This document shows, one piece after another, positions 9,773 through 20,589 of a stretch of DNA of 64,000 nucleotides. Numbering within the stretch: the first letter of the stretch is position 1; every line of letters begins with the position of its first letter. The notes beneath the pieces are model-generated. The model saw nothing but the letters and a program-made list of their open reading frames with translations. It had not been told where the DNA came from and made no database searches. The stretch is taken from positions 1-64,000 of the forward strand of contig CAWGMK010000012.1 in the NCBI GenBank assembly GCA_963823655.1, in the 5' to 3' direction. This DNA comes from an uncultured Bacillota bacterium (GTDB lineage: Bacteria > Bacillota > DTU025 > MWDF01). The translations under genes were made by a program, and so were the position numbers.

Positions 9773-10783
9773 ATGAACAACGGCTTTCGAATCGATACCG
9801 ACATAAATCGGAGTCTTACGCTGAAGCAAACGAAACAAGCGGCGCTTAACGCTTTGCAGGAATATGAGGCAGACTGGAGTTCCATTCACTTCATCCAAGT
9901 ATCTGAGCATGTAACCTTCCGTATAGAGAACGGCGAGGAAGAGAAGTTCTTGCTCCGCATTCACCAGGTGAACAAATCGCGCGAGGAAACCATCTCCGAA
10001 CTTGAATGGTTGGCGACTCTTAGGCGTAAGGGGCTTGTCGTGCCCGAAGCAGTACTGAACCGGGAAGGAGCTTTCGTCACGAATACTGCGACAAGTGGTG
10101 GCCAACGATATTATGCGACCTTGTTGAGATGGATCGAGGGTGAGCGCTTGGATAAAAAGGCGCTTACGGAGGAGAGCATCCGAAAAATGGGGGCATTGAT
10201 GGCAAACCTTCACGAGGCAAGCGCCGATTTTCATCCATACAATGGCTTTACACGCCCTTCTTGGGGTAGTGAGAGCTTTCAGCGGGACTGGGAGCATTTG
10301 CAGCGGCATCACTGGCATTTCATTTCAGATGAAGCCTTTGAGTTGTACACCATTGCCGCAGCTAAAGTGGCAAATCATCTCGAAACGTTGGAACCCCATG
10401 AACGGAATTATGGGATGATCCATGCAGATTTACACAATGGCAACGTCGTTTTTCGCGACGACGAACCGTATGCCATCGATTTCGGTAGGTGTGGTTTCGG
10501 CTATCATCTCTACGACATGGCCCAGTCGATCATGGGGCTACTTCCTCCCCTGAGAGAGCTTTTCATAGATGGGTATGAGCAGGTTAGAAAAATGGATGAT
10601 TATGCCATCCCGATATTGGAGTCCTTCTTCATTATGTCGATCATCGAGGCATACAGCTTCCATGCTGAGAATGCGCTCGAGACTGAAGGCTTGATCGAAG
10701 AGCAACCCTATGCACAAGCGATATTGAGAGCCTACATGAATGGGGCGCCGTTCATGTTCCAGACACTTGATGAGGACTCTTAA
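9773..10783 (+). CDS. APH / type II homoserine kinase-like phosphotransferase
   Basis: IHADLHNGNV and AIDFGRCGFG motifs. Confidence 0.85.
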   Translation: MNNGFRIDTDINRSLTLKQTKQAALNALQEYEADWSSIHFIQVSEHVTFRIENGEEEKFLLRIHQVNKSREETISELEWLATLRRKGLVVPEAVLNREGAFVTNTATSGGQRYYATLLRWIEGERLDKKALTEESIRKMGALMANLHEASADFHPYNGFTRPSWGSESFQRDWEHLQRHHWHFISDEAFELYTIAAAKVANHLETLEPHERNYGMIHADLHNGNVVFRDDEPYAIDFGRCGFGYHLYDMAQSIMGLLPPLRELFIDGYEQVRKMDDYAIPILESFFIMSIIEAYSFHAENALETEGLIEEQPYAQAILRAYMNGAPFMFQTLDEDS

Positions 10784-10797
10784 GCTAGGGGTAATAA

Positions 10798-11811
10798 TTG
10801 ATATTGAAAAGTCAAAAGGATGGTGTAGTTTTGAGCTTATTTCCTGTTGCATACTCACTCTTGTCTAAGCAAGCGTTATTATCGCATATGAAAGACAATT
10901 ATGAAGTTCATGAACCTATTAATTTAAAATACTTCCTTAGAGGCATGAACGATACTTATATTCTAGAGACTGGGTCAGGTAAATATATCTTTAGAGTTTA
11001 TCGTGCTGATAGAAGAAATAAATCGGAGATTGCTTTTGAATTAGATTTATTAAATTATCTAAATGAGAATGATGTAAGCGTATCAATACCGATTACAAAA
11101 AAAGATGGCACCTTCATAAACGAGTTTTTTGTCACTGAGGGTGTAAAGTATGGGGTTATGTTTAGTTTTGCAGAAGGTAATGAAAAGCCTATTCATGCCG
11201 TAGAAGATAGTTATTTGTTTGGAAAAGCCGTTGCTCAAATTCATAAAGTTACTGATAATTTTAGAAGTGCACACGTAAGAGGTAATCTTAATTTGGAACA
11301 TCTAATTGAGAAACCGCTTAACATAATCAAATTACATATGGAACATCGTCAAGAGGATTACAATTTTATTTATGAATTAATCTTAAGATTAAAGGAACAG
11401 TTAGTGATGAAGATAAAAAAAGGATTAGATTGGGGCGTTTGTCATGGGGACTTGCATGGTAACACAAATGTAGCATTTACGGACAACGGGAAATTGACAC
11501 ATTATGATTTCGATATTTCTGGTTATGGGTATAGATCTTATGATATTGCAGAGTTTAGATTGGCGAGAGAAATTCACAGTGGTCATAACAAGGACGAAGT
11601 TGAAAGGCTTTGGGAAGCTTTTCTACACGGGTACAGGGACGTAAGAGAACTCAGTGAAAATGATGTTAAAGTGGTTTCTATCTTCGTTGCCCTAAGACAA
11701 CTGTGGCTCTTTGGTTTATGTTTTAGTGAATCAGAGCTAATAGGGGGAGCTGACTTTGATGATGGATTTATTGACAGTAAGATGGAGTATTTCAGGAAAT
11801 TAATTTTTTGA
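10798..11811 (+). CDS. APH / type II homoserine kinase-like phosphotransferase
   Basis: CHGDLHGNTN and YDFDISGYG motifs. Confidence 0.85.
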   Translation: MILKSQKDGVVLSLFPVAYSLLSKQALLSHMKDNYEVHEPINLKYFLRGMNDTYILETGSGKYIFRVYRADRRNKSEIAFELDLLNYLNENDVSVSIPITKKDGTFINEFFVTEGVKYGVMFSFAEGNEKPIHAVEDSYLFGKAVAQIHKVTDNFRSAHVRGNLNLEHLIEKPLNIIKLHMEHRQEDYNFIYELILRLKEQLVMKIKKGLDWGVCHGDLHGNTNVAFTDNGKLTHYDFDISGYGYRSYDIAEFRLAREIHSGHNKDEVERLWEAFLHGYRDVRELSENDVKVVSIFVALRQLWLFGLCFSESELIGGADFDDGFIDSKMEYFRKLIF

Positions 11812-11906
11812 TCTCTTTTGGTAGAAATAAAACATTAATCCTTCAATTCAACGAATCGGTTCGTCGAATTCTTACGCTAAAGAGATAATTGGTAATTGGA
11901 ATAGTT

Positions 11907-11936
11907 CATTACGCTAACGACGAACATTAACTCAAT
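11907..11936 (+). repeat. attC-like repeat, site A only
   Basis: CATTACGCTAACGACGAACATTAACTCAAT. Confidence 0.65.
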
Positions 11937-11974
11937 GAATACTAGGGCGGAGGAACTATAATCGAAACGGGAAG

Positions 11975-12442
11975 ATGTATACTTACAAGATAAAAATTGA
12001 TGATTTCGAAGACGTGAAAAAAATATATGTAAATGAAATGGTTAGAAGATACTTAGGCGGTGTGATCCCCGAAGAATATACAAGAACTAAGTTTATAGAG
12101 ACCTTAAATCGATCTCAAATTGATTCACACTTTTGGGTTGTTAGGCTGAAAATAGACACCGAGTTTATTGGCTTAGTCTCTTTTGATAAACATGTAGATG
12201 GTGGCACAGAGGTATCTTATGAATTTCTCCCTACTTGGTGGAGGTCTGGATATGCAACTGAGGTACTCAGTCAAGTAATTAATTTCGCTTTTAATGAGCT
12301 GGAATTATCCAGGGTATTAGCTGAGACACAGACTGCCAATGCTCCATCCTGCAGACTTCTAGAGCGGCTTGGAATGAAGTTAGAACGGAAAGTTCAAAGA
12401 TTCGGAGCTGAACAAGCGATTTATTACATTGAGAAAACTTAG
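11975..12442 (+). CDS. RimJ/RimL-type GNAT acetyltransferase (5' end possibly eroded)
   Basis: EVSYEFLP.WW.SGYATE, N.PSCRLLERLGM. Confidence 0.85.
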   Translation: MYTYKIKIDDFEDVKKIYVNEMVRRYLGGVIPEEYTRTKFIETLNRSQIDSHFWVVRLKIDTEFIGLVSFDKHVDGGTEVSYEFLPTWWRSGYATEVLSQVINFAFNELELSRVLAETQTANAPSCRLLERLGMKLERKVQRFGAEQAIYYIEKT

Positions 12443-12446
12443 CACT

Positions 12447-12474
12447 ATTCATTCAACGGGGAACTATAGTTCAA
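12447..12474 (+). repeat. attC-like repeat, site A only
   Basis: ATTCATTCAACGGGGAACTATAGTTCAA. Confidence 0.7.
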
Positions 12475-12497
12475 ACATCGTGTTTAGGGGGATTCAG

Positions 12498-12959
12498 TTG
12501 AAATTTAAATATGAATTGAGCGCTTCCGGTTGGGCCGATGGATTTATTGAGATCAACTCGAATGTAGCATATTTCGCTGCTAGTTATTTATCTGATGCCC
12601 TCAATGATTTGTTGAAGGCGCTTATTTCAATTATTCCTGATATAAGTCACTTTTTTGTAACTTCATCGCAATTCGAAATCCATGAAGAGCCGGGCGGAAC
12701 AGTCTGGAAGATGCATAGAATTGATAAAGATCAAATGAATATAGAAATCGTGTCATTTCAAGATTTGTTGAGAAGAAAAGATTCGGTCGTGGATTTGAAT
12801 GAAACTTGCTCACTCATTGGTTTTGCAAAAGTTGTGGTTTATGCACTTGATTTAGTCTTAAAGCAACTTGGTCAAGATGGTTATAAAGAGAAATGGGTTA
12901 ATCATGATTTTCCTATTGAGTATTATTTGAAATTGAAGAGCTTCGTTACAGTAGATTAA
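12498..12959 (+). CDS. hypothetical protein
   Basis: ORF; TTG start after AGGGGG; stop overlaps the next repeat. Confidence 0.6.
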   Translation: MKFKYELSASGWADGFIEINSNVAYFAASYLSDALNDLLKALISIIPDISHFFVTSSQFEIHEEPGGTVWKMHRIDKDQMNIEIVSFQDLLRRKDSVVDLNETCSLIGFAKVVVYALDLVLKQLGQDGYKEKWVNHDFPIEYYLKLKSFVTVD

Positions 12960-13020
12960 ACTAACGGAAACGAGAGCTCAATAGACACTCGTAAGGCTGC
13001 CAACATGAACGGCAGCCTTT
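12955..13020 (+). repeat. attC-like repeat (site A plus hairpin)
   Basis: ATTAAACTAACGGAAACGAGAGCTCAAT then AAGGCTGCC..GGCAGCCTT. Confidence 0.75.
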
Positions 13021-13080
13021 GTAGAATGTTGAAATTAGTGAACAAAATTGAGAATGAAATCATGTAGGAGGGCGTTGTGA

Positions 13081-13551
13081 ATGAATATAGATATTCTATC
13101 CTTGAATGAGTCTCTTGTTCCTAATGTTAAAGGCTTAATAGCTGGCTACATAAATTCTTCTTCCAATGGAGTAGACGAATCTGATACATCGCCCGTGCAG
13201 CTAGGGAAATGTGAACAAATCCTAAATAGCCTTATAAGTAATAAATTAGCACAATGTTATTTAGCTAAGCATGACCAAGAGTACGTGGGATTTATTGTAC
13301 TTTCATGGAGCTTTTCAATATCCAAAGGGTATCCCGTACTTCGAATAGATGCGTTATATGCATCGCCATTACATAGAAATAAGGGTGTAGGTCGGAAACT
13401 GATGCAGCATGCCATTGACTTAGCTATTGAGAACAATGCTACCCGATTACAACTTGAAACAGATGATAATAATATTCCAGCTAGCACTTTATATAAAAGT
13501 CTCGGATTTAAATTAATACCAGGTAAGGGTGTGTACATGTCATTTTTATAA
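13081..13551 (+). CDS. GNAT acetyltransferase
   Basis: LYASPLHRNKGVGRKL, N.PA..LYKSLGF. Confidence 0.85.
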   Translation: MNIDILSLNESLVPNVKGLIAGYINSSSNGVDESDTSPVQLGKCEQILNSLISNKLAQCYLAKHDQEYVGFIVLSWSFSISKGYPVLRIDALYASPLHRNKGVGRKLMQHAIDLAIENNATRLQLETDDNNIPASTLYKSLGFKLIPGKGVYMSFL

Positions 13552-13559
13552 ACGCTTGT

Positions 13560-13583
13560 TTATACGAAGGGCAGTATAGTTCC
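13560..13583 (+). repeat. attC-like repeat, site B only
   Basis: TTATACGAAGGGCAGTATAGTTCC. Confidence 0.55.
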
Positions 13584-13660
13584 ACTATATAGTATTATAA
13601 AGGGTGCAACAATGGCATTAAAAGCAAATCATCTCTCTTCAATTTAAAGGAGCTTTTTTA

Positions 13661-13940
13661 ATGAAAGTTGTGAACACTACAAAAGATGATCTGGATGTAT
13701 GGTTGGAATTGGCTTCTGAAGTTGAGTGCTTATTTGGTCCAATGTTAAGTGATCCGAAATTTATTCAGGCAATAGAAAAAAGTATTAATCAATTGAGTGC
13801 ATTCTGTGTGAGGGAAAACGATGGATTGCCAGGATCACGCTTATTCGATGGAGTTTTATTTTCGTCAGCAGGTGCCCAAAGCTACAAGATTGGATGGTTA
13901 GCTGTTTCATCTCGAGCGAGAAACAAAGGTATAGTTTGCA
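13661..13940 (+). pseudogene. GNAT acetyltransferase, 3'-truncated
   Basis: IGWLAVSSRARNKGI then abrupt junction to TniQ-like DNA. Confidence 0.7.
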
Positions 13941-15146
13941 CTTATTCATGAGTGTCCATTTCAAGGAACACCACTTCATCATCATTGTCCAAGTTGTATG
14001 ACAGAAATTCCATACGAACTATCCGATCGTTATTTTGAAGAGCTATTTGTATGTTTGTGTGGACATCATTTCAGACAAAATCAAAATGACATAAGATCCA
14101 TTTTTCATTGGCGAAAGTATTCCAGCATTGATATTCAAGATATTAGGGTAAATAGGTGGGTTAATCTATGTGAGGACGATCAAGCTGAAATAAGTCGCAT
14201 TTATTTATATCGTCACATTGATTTTAAATTTACACCTCAAATGCTTGAAATCCTTCTAGGTGTAATTCAATCAGAGAGCAGTATTCTAAATAACGGTGAA
14301 TTTTATCAAATTAGTAGTCCCAAAAATATATTTAAAAGAAAAAGTAAACAAATAGCTTATATATATTCAAAATTCAAAAAACAACCGACTATAAAATTAT
14401 TACATGATGAATCGAAAAAAACCCCCATAGCTTTATCTGATAATGAATATATCAAATTAAATGAAAAAATTAATAAAAATCTCCAAGAAACATGGTATCA
14501 AACTATCCATTCATTAGGAAAACATTTTAGAAAAACAATTTTAAAAAATCACAATACATGCATTCATAGATTTGTAAATGTCAAAAAACAAGTAAATACG
14601 CCTAATCCACCAACCTGCCCTTATGCCTACGCATATGTTATGTGGAAGCAAAAACTATTAAAAATGGATTATTACTATGATGTAGATAACTGTCCATATT
14701 ATCCAGATCGGTTTAGTAACAACCCTAATCTAACCTCAGTTCCTGACTGGGATCCATTAATTCATCTTATTCGGGAATACCTAAATATTTACCCAATTCA
14801 AAAAAATGAGTACCATGATAATATGAAATGGGTTGTATCACATTTAATTGGATATGTGTCCAATCATTATTTTTATGAATTATTAAGTGATGCAGGCGGG
14901 CTGAAAAAACTTGTTAACAATTACCAGGATCCATTCATTCTTAGAGGATCAATATTGGCTTTTCGTTTTCCCAAAAATATCAATCAGCCATTTCAAATGC
15001 TTTGGGATAAGAAACCTGATGTTGATCTCAAGCAAATCCAATGTCCGTATCCAACTCAGAAATTGAAGAAAAAGAAAATTAGTGAAGTCTCTCATCATCC
15101 TCGAAGACTTGCAGTTAATAGAGCGGATAGTTATCCTAACAAATAA
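13941..15146 (+). pseudogene. TniQ/TnsD-like protein, 5'-truncated
   Basis: In-frame upstream of ATG 13998: LIHECPFQGTPLHHHCPSC, later CLCG, resembling the TniQ zinc-finger pattern. Confidence 0.55.
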
Positions 15147-15190
15147 AAAAAGATAGAGCAGGTAGAATACACACCAACTCTATCTTTTTC
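15147..15190. terminator. bidirectional intrinsic terminator
   Basis: AAAAAGATAGAG..CTCTATCTTTTT between convergent ORFs. Confidence 0.65.
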
Positions 15191-15928
15191 CTATGTCAAC
15201 ATTTGCTCTTTTAAATCAATCGCAAGCGATTTCGAACCACTCATTCCTTTTAAATACTTTAAAGTTCCATTTACAGACCAGTCTATTTTATTAAGTTTTT
15301 TTACTGCTTTCATTAAGCTATTGTAGTCAAATTGTCTTTTACTATCTGTAGTACATTTAGATAGAACCTCTGAACCGGCTATGGATAAGGCATCGAGACA
15401 GACAATATGCGTTAATCGAAATCCACTATAATCTAACCATTCATGAGAGAACATTTCTTTAATAGCGTTGAAATATTGCAGTGCCATTGATAATTTTTCT
15501 TCCTTTGAGTAGCAAGAAATATTTGGTTCTTTGCTCAGCAGCAGTAGAGTGCGATAGAGGTTCTGCAAGGTTATATGCCTTCCTTTACTTCTTTTGCCGA
15601 TTATACTTCCAATATGATAAAAAGGGCTCTCATGTCGTACTAAAAGCTCAGTTGCAATCCAACTGATATCATCGGAATCTCTTCTGTAGAATTTACTTAG
15701 TGAAGATCCGATTTCCTTTGCCTTTGTGTTAATGGTGTCAAAAAGTTTAATCTCCTCGTCTTCGTCTAAACAGTGGAATGCAAGAAAGGGCACGTTAATA
15801 TCGGAATTTGTTTCTTGAATATAACGCTTAATCCCGCCGAGTCGGTGTTGGCCATCCATAAGAGATGCTTTACCTTTGGAAATTAAACGACCAAAAGACT
15901 GTCTTTCATTAAAAAATACTGCTGGCAA
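15191..15928 (-). pseudogene. DGQHR-domain (DndB-like) protein, 5'-truncated
   Basis: LMDGQHRL, E..LF.TINTKAK. Confidence 0.75.
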
Positions 15929-16139
15929 TAGTAGGTTCAGTTAAACTACGCCGGGTTCATTCGCCGAATAAATGTCGAACTTTGTTAGCATCAGCTACTG
16001 AATCTATGTTTTCTGGGTATAAAGTCCGTTGACTGAAGTGTAAAAAAAGGGTAATTAGACCAATTCACTTCGCGTGTCCCCCATACCGTATAATAGAATT
16101 GACTCAGGTCGACAAAACTAGACGATAAGAATGTTATCT

Positions 16140-16224
16140 CGACAATGGCAAAACTAGCGAAAGCTAGCGACGCAAAGCTACAGGGGCTTAAGCGGCAATA
16201 GCCGCATGCCAGCCAGCTGCCGAA
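16140..16224 (+). ncRNA. cyclic di-GMP-I (GEMM) riboswitch
   Basis: GGCAAAACTAGCGAAAGCTAGCGACGCAAAGCTACAGGGGCTTAA..ATGCCAGCCAGCTGCC matches GEMM consensus; long hairpin at 16231-16280 follows. Confidence 0.9.
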
Positions 16225-16449
16225 GGATAGGAAAACGGTGCGAACCCTCCTATCATAACGGGAAGGTTCGCACCGTTTTCATTTTCTTTCCACAAGAAAA
16301 AAAAGGGGGGGACTTTCTTACAAAAGCGAGAGTCATGAGAGTATCAACGTTTGCACATCTTTTCGTTTTCGGCGGATGCCGAAAACCATTCTGATTCACA
16401 GGAGGAAGTGTACGAAAATAAATACCGCATCTCCTAAAAACGCAATCGC

Positions 16450-16560
16450 ATTTGTATTGTCCGATATGTTACCGATAACAAGTACTCCAACGGAACCTTG
16501 ATGGATCTTTGGACCCCTACTGGCAGTGCAAATCAACGCTGGAAATTGATTGCGAAGTAA
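16450..16560 (+). pseudogene. ricin-B/CBM13 repeat remnant
   Basis: Translates to VTDNKYSNGTLMDLWTPTGSANQRWKLIAK (QxW repeat). Confidence 0.55.
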
Positions 16561-16694
16561 CGCGCAACCGAGTTTATACCCCAAACAGAGGAATCTTTTC
16601 TACGGGTATAGTGTGCCCGATTATGGAGAAGCCAAAAGTCATAATCGGCCGCCTCTGTTTGCGGATGGAGTCATACAAAATAGGAGGGAAATAT

Positions 16695-18357
16695 ATGAGG
16701 TCAAAATTCAATTCTTACAAATCATTGATGTTAGCTTTGGTTTTGTTGTTTACAACAGTATTTTTCAGCTTAGGTTCAGTAGCATCTGCAGCTAATATGA
16801 CATGGGATTTCACACAAATGAATGCATCGCAAATGACTGCAGAAATGGGTGCGGGCTGGAATCTGGGAAACACGCTTGATGCCTTTACTGGCGGTACGCC
16901 TAACGAAACAGACTGGGATAATCCAGTTGTCACAAAGGCTCAAATTCAAAAGGTAAAAGCATTAGGCTTTAAAACCATCCGGATCCCAGTTACGTATATG
17001 AGTAAAATCGGTCCTGCTCCGAATTACACCATTGATTCTGCGTACCTGGCCAGAGTAAAAGAAGTTGTGGATTATGCTTACAACGAGGGCTTGTTTGTCA
17101 TTACCAATATTCACCATGATGGCTCTGTCTCTGGCGACGGCACTTACCCTTCATATGTTTGGCTGGTGCCTAAACTAAGCGACCAAACCGCGGTTAGGGC
17201 CAAATTCCAGGCGGTTTGGCAGCAGATTGCCAATACATTCGTCAATTACAACGAACATTTGATCTTCGAATCGATGAATGAAGTATTTGATGGAGATTAT
17301 ACTATTAAACAGCCTGACCTTACTGTTTATTCGAACATTAATACGTTGAACCAAATCTTTGTGGATACGGTAAGACAAACTGGCGGAAACAATGCGGCAA
17401 GATGGCTGTTGATTCCAGGTTGGAATACGAACATTGATTACACGGCTGGCAACCTTGGTTATACTGGTTTCGCGTTACCTACAGACAATTACAGATCCAG
17501 CTCAGTTCCAAGTTCTGAAAAGAGAATCATGATTTCGGTTCATTATTACGCACCTATCGGTTTTTGCCTAGATGAGACAGCAGGCGCCGCTACCCAATGG
17601 GGAATCAACAGCCGACCCTGCCAAAAAAGACACTTGGGGGCAGGAAGATTTCTTAGAATCGCAATTCAAATCCATGTACGATAAATTCGTAACACAAGGA
17701 TATGGTGTAATCCTCGGAGAATACGCCGCAGCAGAGAAGTCGGCTTTGGACCCAGCCAACAATACGTATCGTGCAATTTGGGCAAAAGCAGTTGTCTCAA
17801 CAGCTAAGAAATATAATCTAGTTCCTGTATGGTGGGATGCTGGGGGCAGCTCTAAATTGTTTGACAGAAGGACGCTCCAGACAACACAGCAAGGAATCAT
17901 CGACGCTATTATGAGCGCAATAGGTACTTATTACAAGATCATCAATCGTAATAGCGGCAAGGCTCTGGATGTTAGCAACGGATCAACAACTGATGGTGCA
18001 GCTGTGGTTCAGAATACGTATACCGGCAGCAACAGTCAGCAATGGGAATTGATTAATGTTGGACTTAATAATTATGAACTTGTAAATCGTAATAGCGGCA
18101 AACCGCTGGAAATCTGGGGTTGGTCAACTGCTGATGGCGCTTTAGCTGAACAATGGACATATATGGGTGCTGGCAGCTATAATCAACAGTGGCAGAAGAT
18201 TGATGTAGGTAGTGGTTATTCCGAATTACTCAACACTGCTAGTAATAAGCCTCTGGAAGTCTTCGGTTGGTCTACTGCAGATGGTGCAGCAGTTGGTCAA
18301 TGGACATTAGGCGGTCAATATAACTTTAATCAGCAATGGCAGTTGATCCAGCTTTAA
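16695..18357 (+). pseudogene. secreted GH5 endoglucanase/xyloglucanase with C-terminal CBM13, frameshifted near 17605
   Basis: Signal peptide; GWNLGNTLDA, IRIPV, FESMNE, VHYY; second frame has ILGEY, WWD and three QxW ricin repeats. Confidence 0.9.
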
Positions 18358-18393
18358 TCAAATAGTAATTGTGTAAAGTTACCTATAGCTTGT

Positions 18394-18428
18394 AACCCCT
18401 GGTTAGGAATAACCGGGGGTTATTTTGT
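18394..18428 (+). terminator. intrinsic terminator
   Basis: AACCCCTGGTTA..TAACCGGGGGTT then T-rich tract. Confidence 0.7.
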
Positions 18429-18857
18429 GTCATTTAGAAATGAATATCAGGGTAGGGAGCTTGCAGAATGTTGGAATATCGTGAATTATGTCGAAACACG
18501 TTCGATTTTGTTGCAAAATATGATTCACCTTTACTCCAGCATGGCAATCAGTTAAACTAAACCGCCTAATTCGCTTCAATTAGGCGGTTAGCATGCTTTT
18601 TGGGGAAACTAAACAAGGCATATAATAGTAGCTAGGGGCTGCGTGCATGGAAAACAAGGAGACGGAAGAGTTTCTCATAAAGAAGTTGCGTAAATACATA
18701 GAAGGGTATGTGTATGATGCTGATCTATCCAGTAGCGAGTGTTTGAAAGTGATTGTGGAGATAGTACGTACCTATCCGATCACAGGAAAGGAAAATGAAA
18801 TTGATAGTTAAAAAAACAAAGAGTAGATATATATCACAATAACTGATCCTTGTTTTT

Positions 18858-18882
18858 ATTAAGCTAGGGCAGATTTGCGTAG
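18858..18882 (+). repeat. attC-like repeat, degenerate site B
   Basis: ATTAAGCTAGGGCAGATTT. Confidence 0.5.
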
Positions 18883-18975
18883 CTTGTATTACAAAAGAGG
18901 TGCAAGCAAGATGATGACGAAATATATGTACATAGGCAATACATAAATATTTTTTGTAAGTACAGCGGGGGAAAT

Positions 18976-19004
18976 ATGAAAAAAGTTTACATAATCGGAA
19001 TTGT
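18976..19004 (+). pseudogene. 5' stub of a P-loop (FlaR/AAA-like) gene cut by a Tn7-like end
   Basis: GGGGG RBS then MKKVYIIGIV, ending exactly at the TGT of the transposon end. Confidence 0.45.
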
Positions 19005-19072
19005 TGTCAGAAGAAAATAAAGTGTTAGACTGAGAAATAAAGTTGTAGACTAGAAAAATAAAGTATTAGACT
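19005..19072 (+). mobile_element. Tn7-like transposon end (three TnsB-type sites)
   Basis: TGT-N5 then GAAAATAAAGTGTTAGACT, GAGAAATAAAGTTGTAGACT, AGAAAAATAAAGTATTAGACT; same layout as Tn7 TGT-N5-GACAATAAAGTCTTAAACT. Confidence 0.8.
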
Positions 19073-19136
19073 GGGGTTGGCCATTAAGCTAATGTTCATG
19101 GGGAAAATGCATTAGAAATTTATTCTAGTACAAATA

Positions 19137-19190
19137 TTGACAAATAGATGACGTGTCATCTATATTGATGATATATGACACGTCATCTAT
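19137..19190 (+). promoter_or_regulatory. promoter with two palindromic operators (probable MarR sites)
   Basis: TTGACA-18-TATATT; ATAGATGAC-GT-GTCATCTAT (19144-19163) and ATATATGAC-AC-GTCATCTAT (19171-19190). Confidence 0.75.
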
Positions 19191-19210
19191 TTGTTTGGAG
19201 GGATATACAT

Positions 19211-20014
19211 ATGAAAGTACATGTTTTGCACACAGGTAAAGTTTACATTGATCAAGCCTTGGCTTTTAAAGAGAAAAGCTTGCATCCTATGCCATTTACG
19301 GGTTGGTTTAGAGGAAAAACTAAAAAAATGTGGGTGCCTGTATCAACTTACCTTATTGAGCATCCAAAGGGACTAATCTTAGTGGATACGGGTTGGCATC
19401 AAGAAATTAGGATAAATCAAAGAAAACATTTGGGAATTTTAGCTCAATCCATGTTTAAGGGCGATCTTCCGGAAGGAGATTCCATTGCTGAGCAGTTACA
19501 CACATTAGGGATAAAGAGCAGTGAACTAGATTATGTTTTACTCACACATCTACATTCAGACCACGTTAGCGGTTTAAAGCATGTACAAGATGCTAAAAGG
19601 ATACTAACAAGCGAAATAGAATGGAAGTCTGCACACAAAAGAGTGGGATATATAAAATCAATGTGGCATAATATTCCGATCCAGACATTTAAATTCACAG
19701 ATATACCTCAAGGTCCTTTGAATAAGGGATATGATTTATTTGGTGATGATTCTTTATATCTTGTTCATACACCTGGACATAGTGATGGAATGTTCTCAAT
19801 ATTAGTCAAAATGAAATATGGGTGGTTGGTATTAGCCAGTGATGTTGGTTATTCAGAAAAGTCATGGAAAGAGATGATCTTACCTGGTTTAACGACAGAC
19901 AAAAAAGCCGCTTACTCATCATTGAAATGGCTGAAAGATTTTTCAAATAAAGAAAATTGTATACGGGTGATTGCTAATCATGATTCTGCAATAGAACCAC
20001 AGATTTTTACTTGA
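19211..20014 (+). CDS. N-acyl homoserine lactonase-family metallo-beta-lactamase-fold hydrolase
   Basis: YLIEHPKG.ILVDTG, THLHSDH, DLFGD, HTPGHS, NHD. Confidence 0.8.
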   Translation: MKVHVLHTGKVYIDQALAFKEKSLHPMPFTGWFRGKTKKMWVPVSTYLIEHPKGLILVDTGWHQEIRINQRKHLGILAQSMFKGDLPEGDSIAEQLHTLGIKSSELDYVLLTHLHSDHVSGLKHVQDAKRILTSEIEWKSAHKRVGYIKSMWHNIPIQTFKFTDIPQGPLNKGYDLFGDDSLYLVHTPGHSDGMFSILVKMKYGWLVLASDVGYSEKSWKEMILPGLTTDKKAAYSSLKWLKDFSNKENCIRVIANHDSAIEPQIFT

Positions 20015-20033
20015 TAGTAATGGAGACGGAAGT

Positions 20034-20501
20034 ATGGAGAATAGATTCCAGGAAGAAGAAAAATTTAGATATTTTATTCTAGCAGTACAAAGGCAAGGAA
20101 ACAGACTCTTTAAGGATTTACTAAAAGATATAGGAATTACTCCCTCTCAAGCTGAAGTGATAAGTATCTTGAAGAGTAATCAATCAATTTCCCTAAAAGA
20201 TTTAGGGGAATTATTAATTTGTGAAGAAGGAAGTCCTTCAAGATTAATTGAAAGGATGGTACAAGATCAACTTATTGTAAGAGTGAAGGATGAAAGGGAT
20301 TCTCGATTTGTTCGTCTCCAACTTACAATTTTAGGATTTAAGAAATATTCGTTATTAATAAAAGCAGAAAGTGAATTATATAAAATGCTGGAGCAAATCT
20401 ATACAAGTGATGAATTGCAGTTTATGAATCAGCTGTTAAGTAGATTATTTGAGTCATCTTTATCTCAAACTCTTAGTAAACGCGGTTTAATCACTAAATA
20501 G
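20034..20501 (+). CDS. MarR family transcriptional regulator
   Basis: GITPSQ.EV, SLKDLG, DERDSR..LT..G. Confidence 0.85.
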   Translation: MENRFQEEEKFRYFILAVQRQGNRLFKDLLKDIGITPSQAEVISILKSNQSISLKDLGELLICEEGSPSRLIERMVQDQLIVRVKDERDSRFVRLQLTILGFKKYSLLIKAESELYKMLEQIYTSDELQFMNQLLSRLFESSLSQTLSKRGLITK

Positions 20502-20538
20502 ATGATAGAGTAGATACCGAAAATACGTAATCATTCTT

Positions 20539-20566
20539 GTTAAGCTAACGGAAACGTTAGTTCAAT
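20539..20566 (+). repeat. attC-like repeat, near-palindromic site A
   Basis: TTAAGCTAAC-GGAAAC-GTTAGTTCAA. Confidence 0.85.
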
Positions 20567-20589
20567 ACATGGAGGTAATACGTTGAGTC

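Noticed and set aside
19013-19072. Three 19-21 bp direct repeats as plasmid iterons or a mini-CRISPR
   Set aside because: No spacers and no rep gene; the TGT-N5 start and sequence fit TnsB-type sites better.
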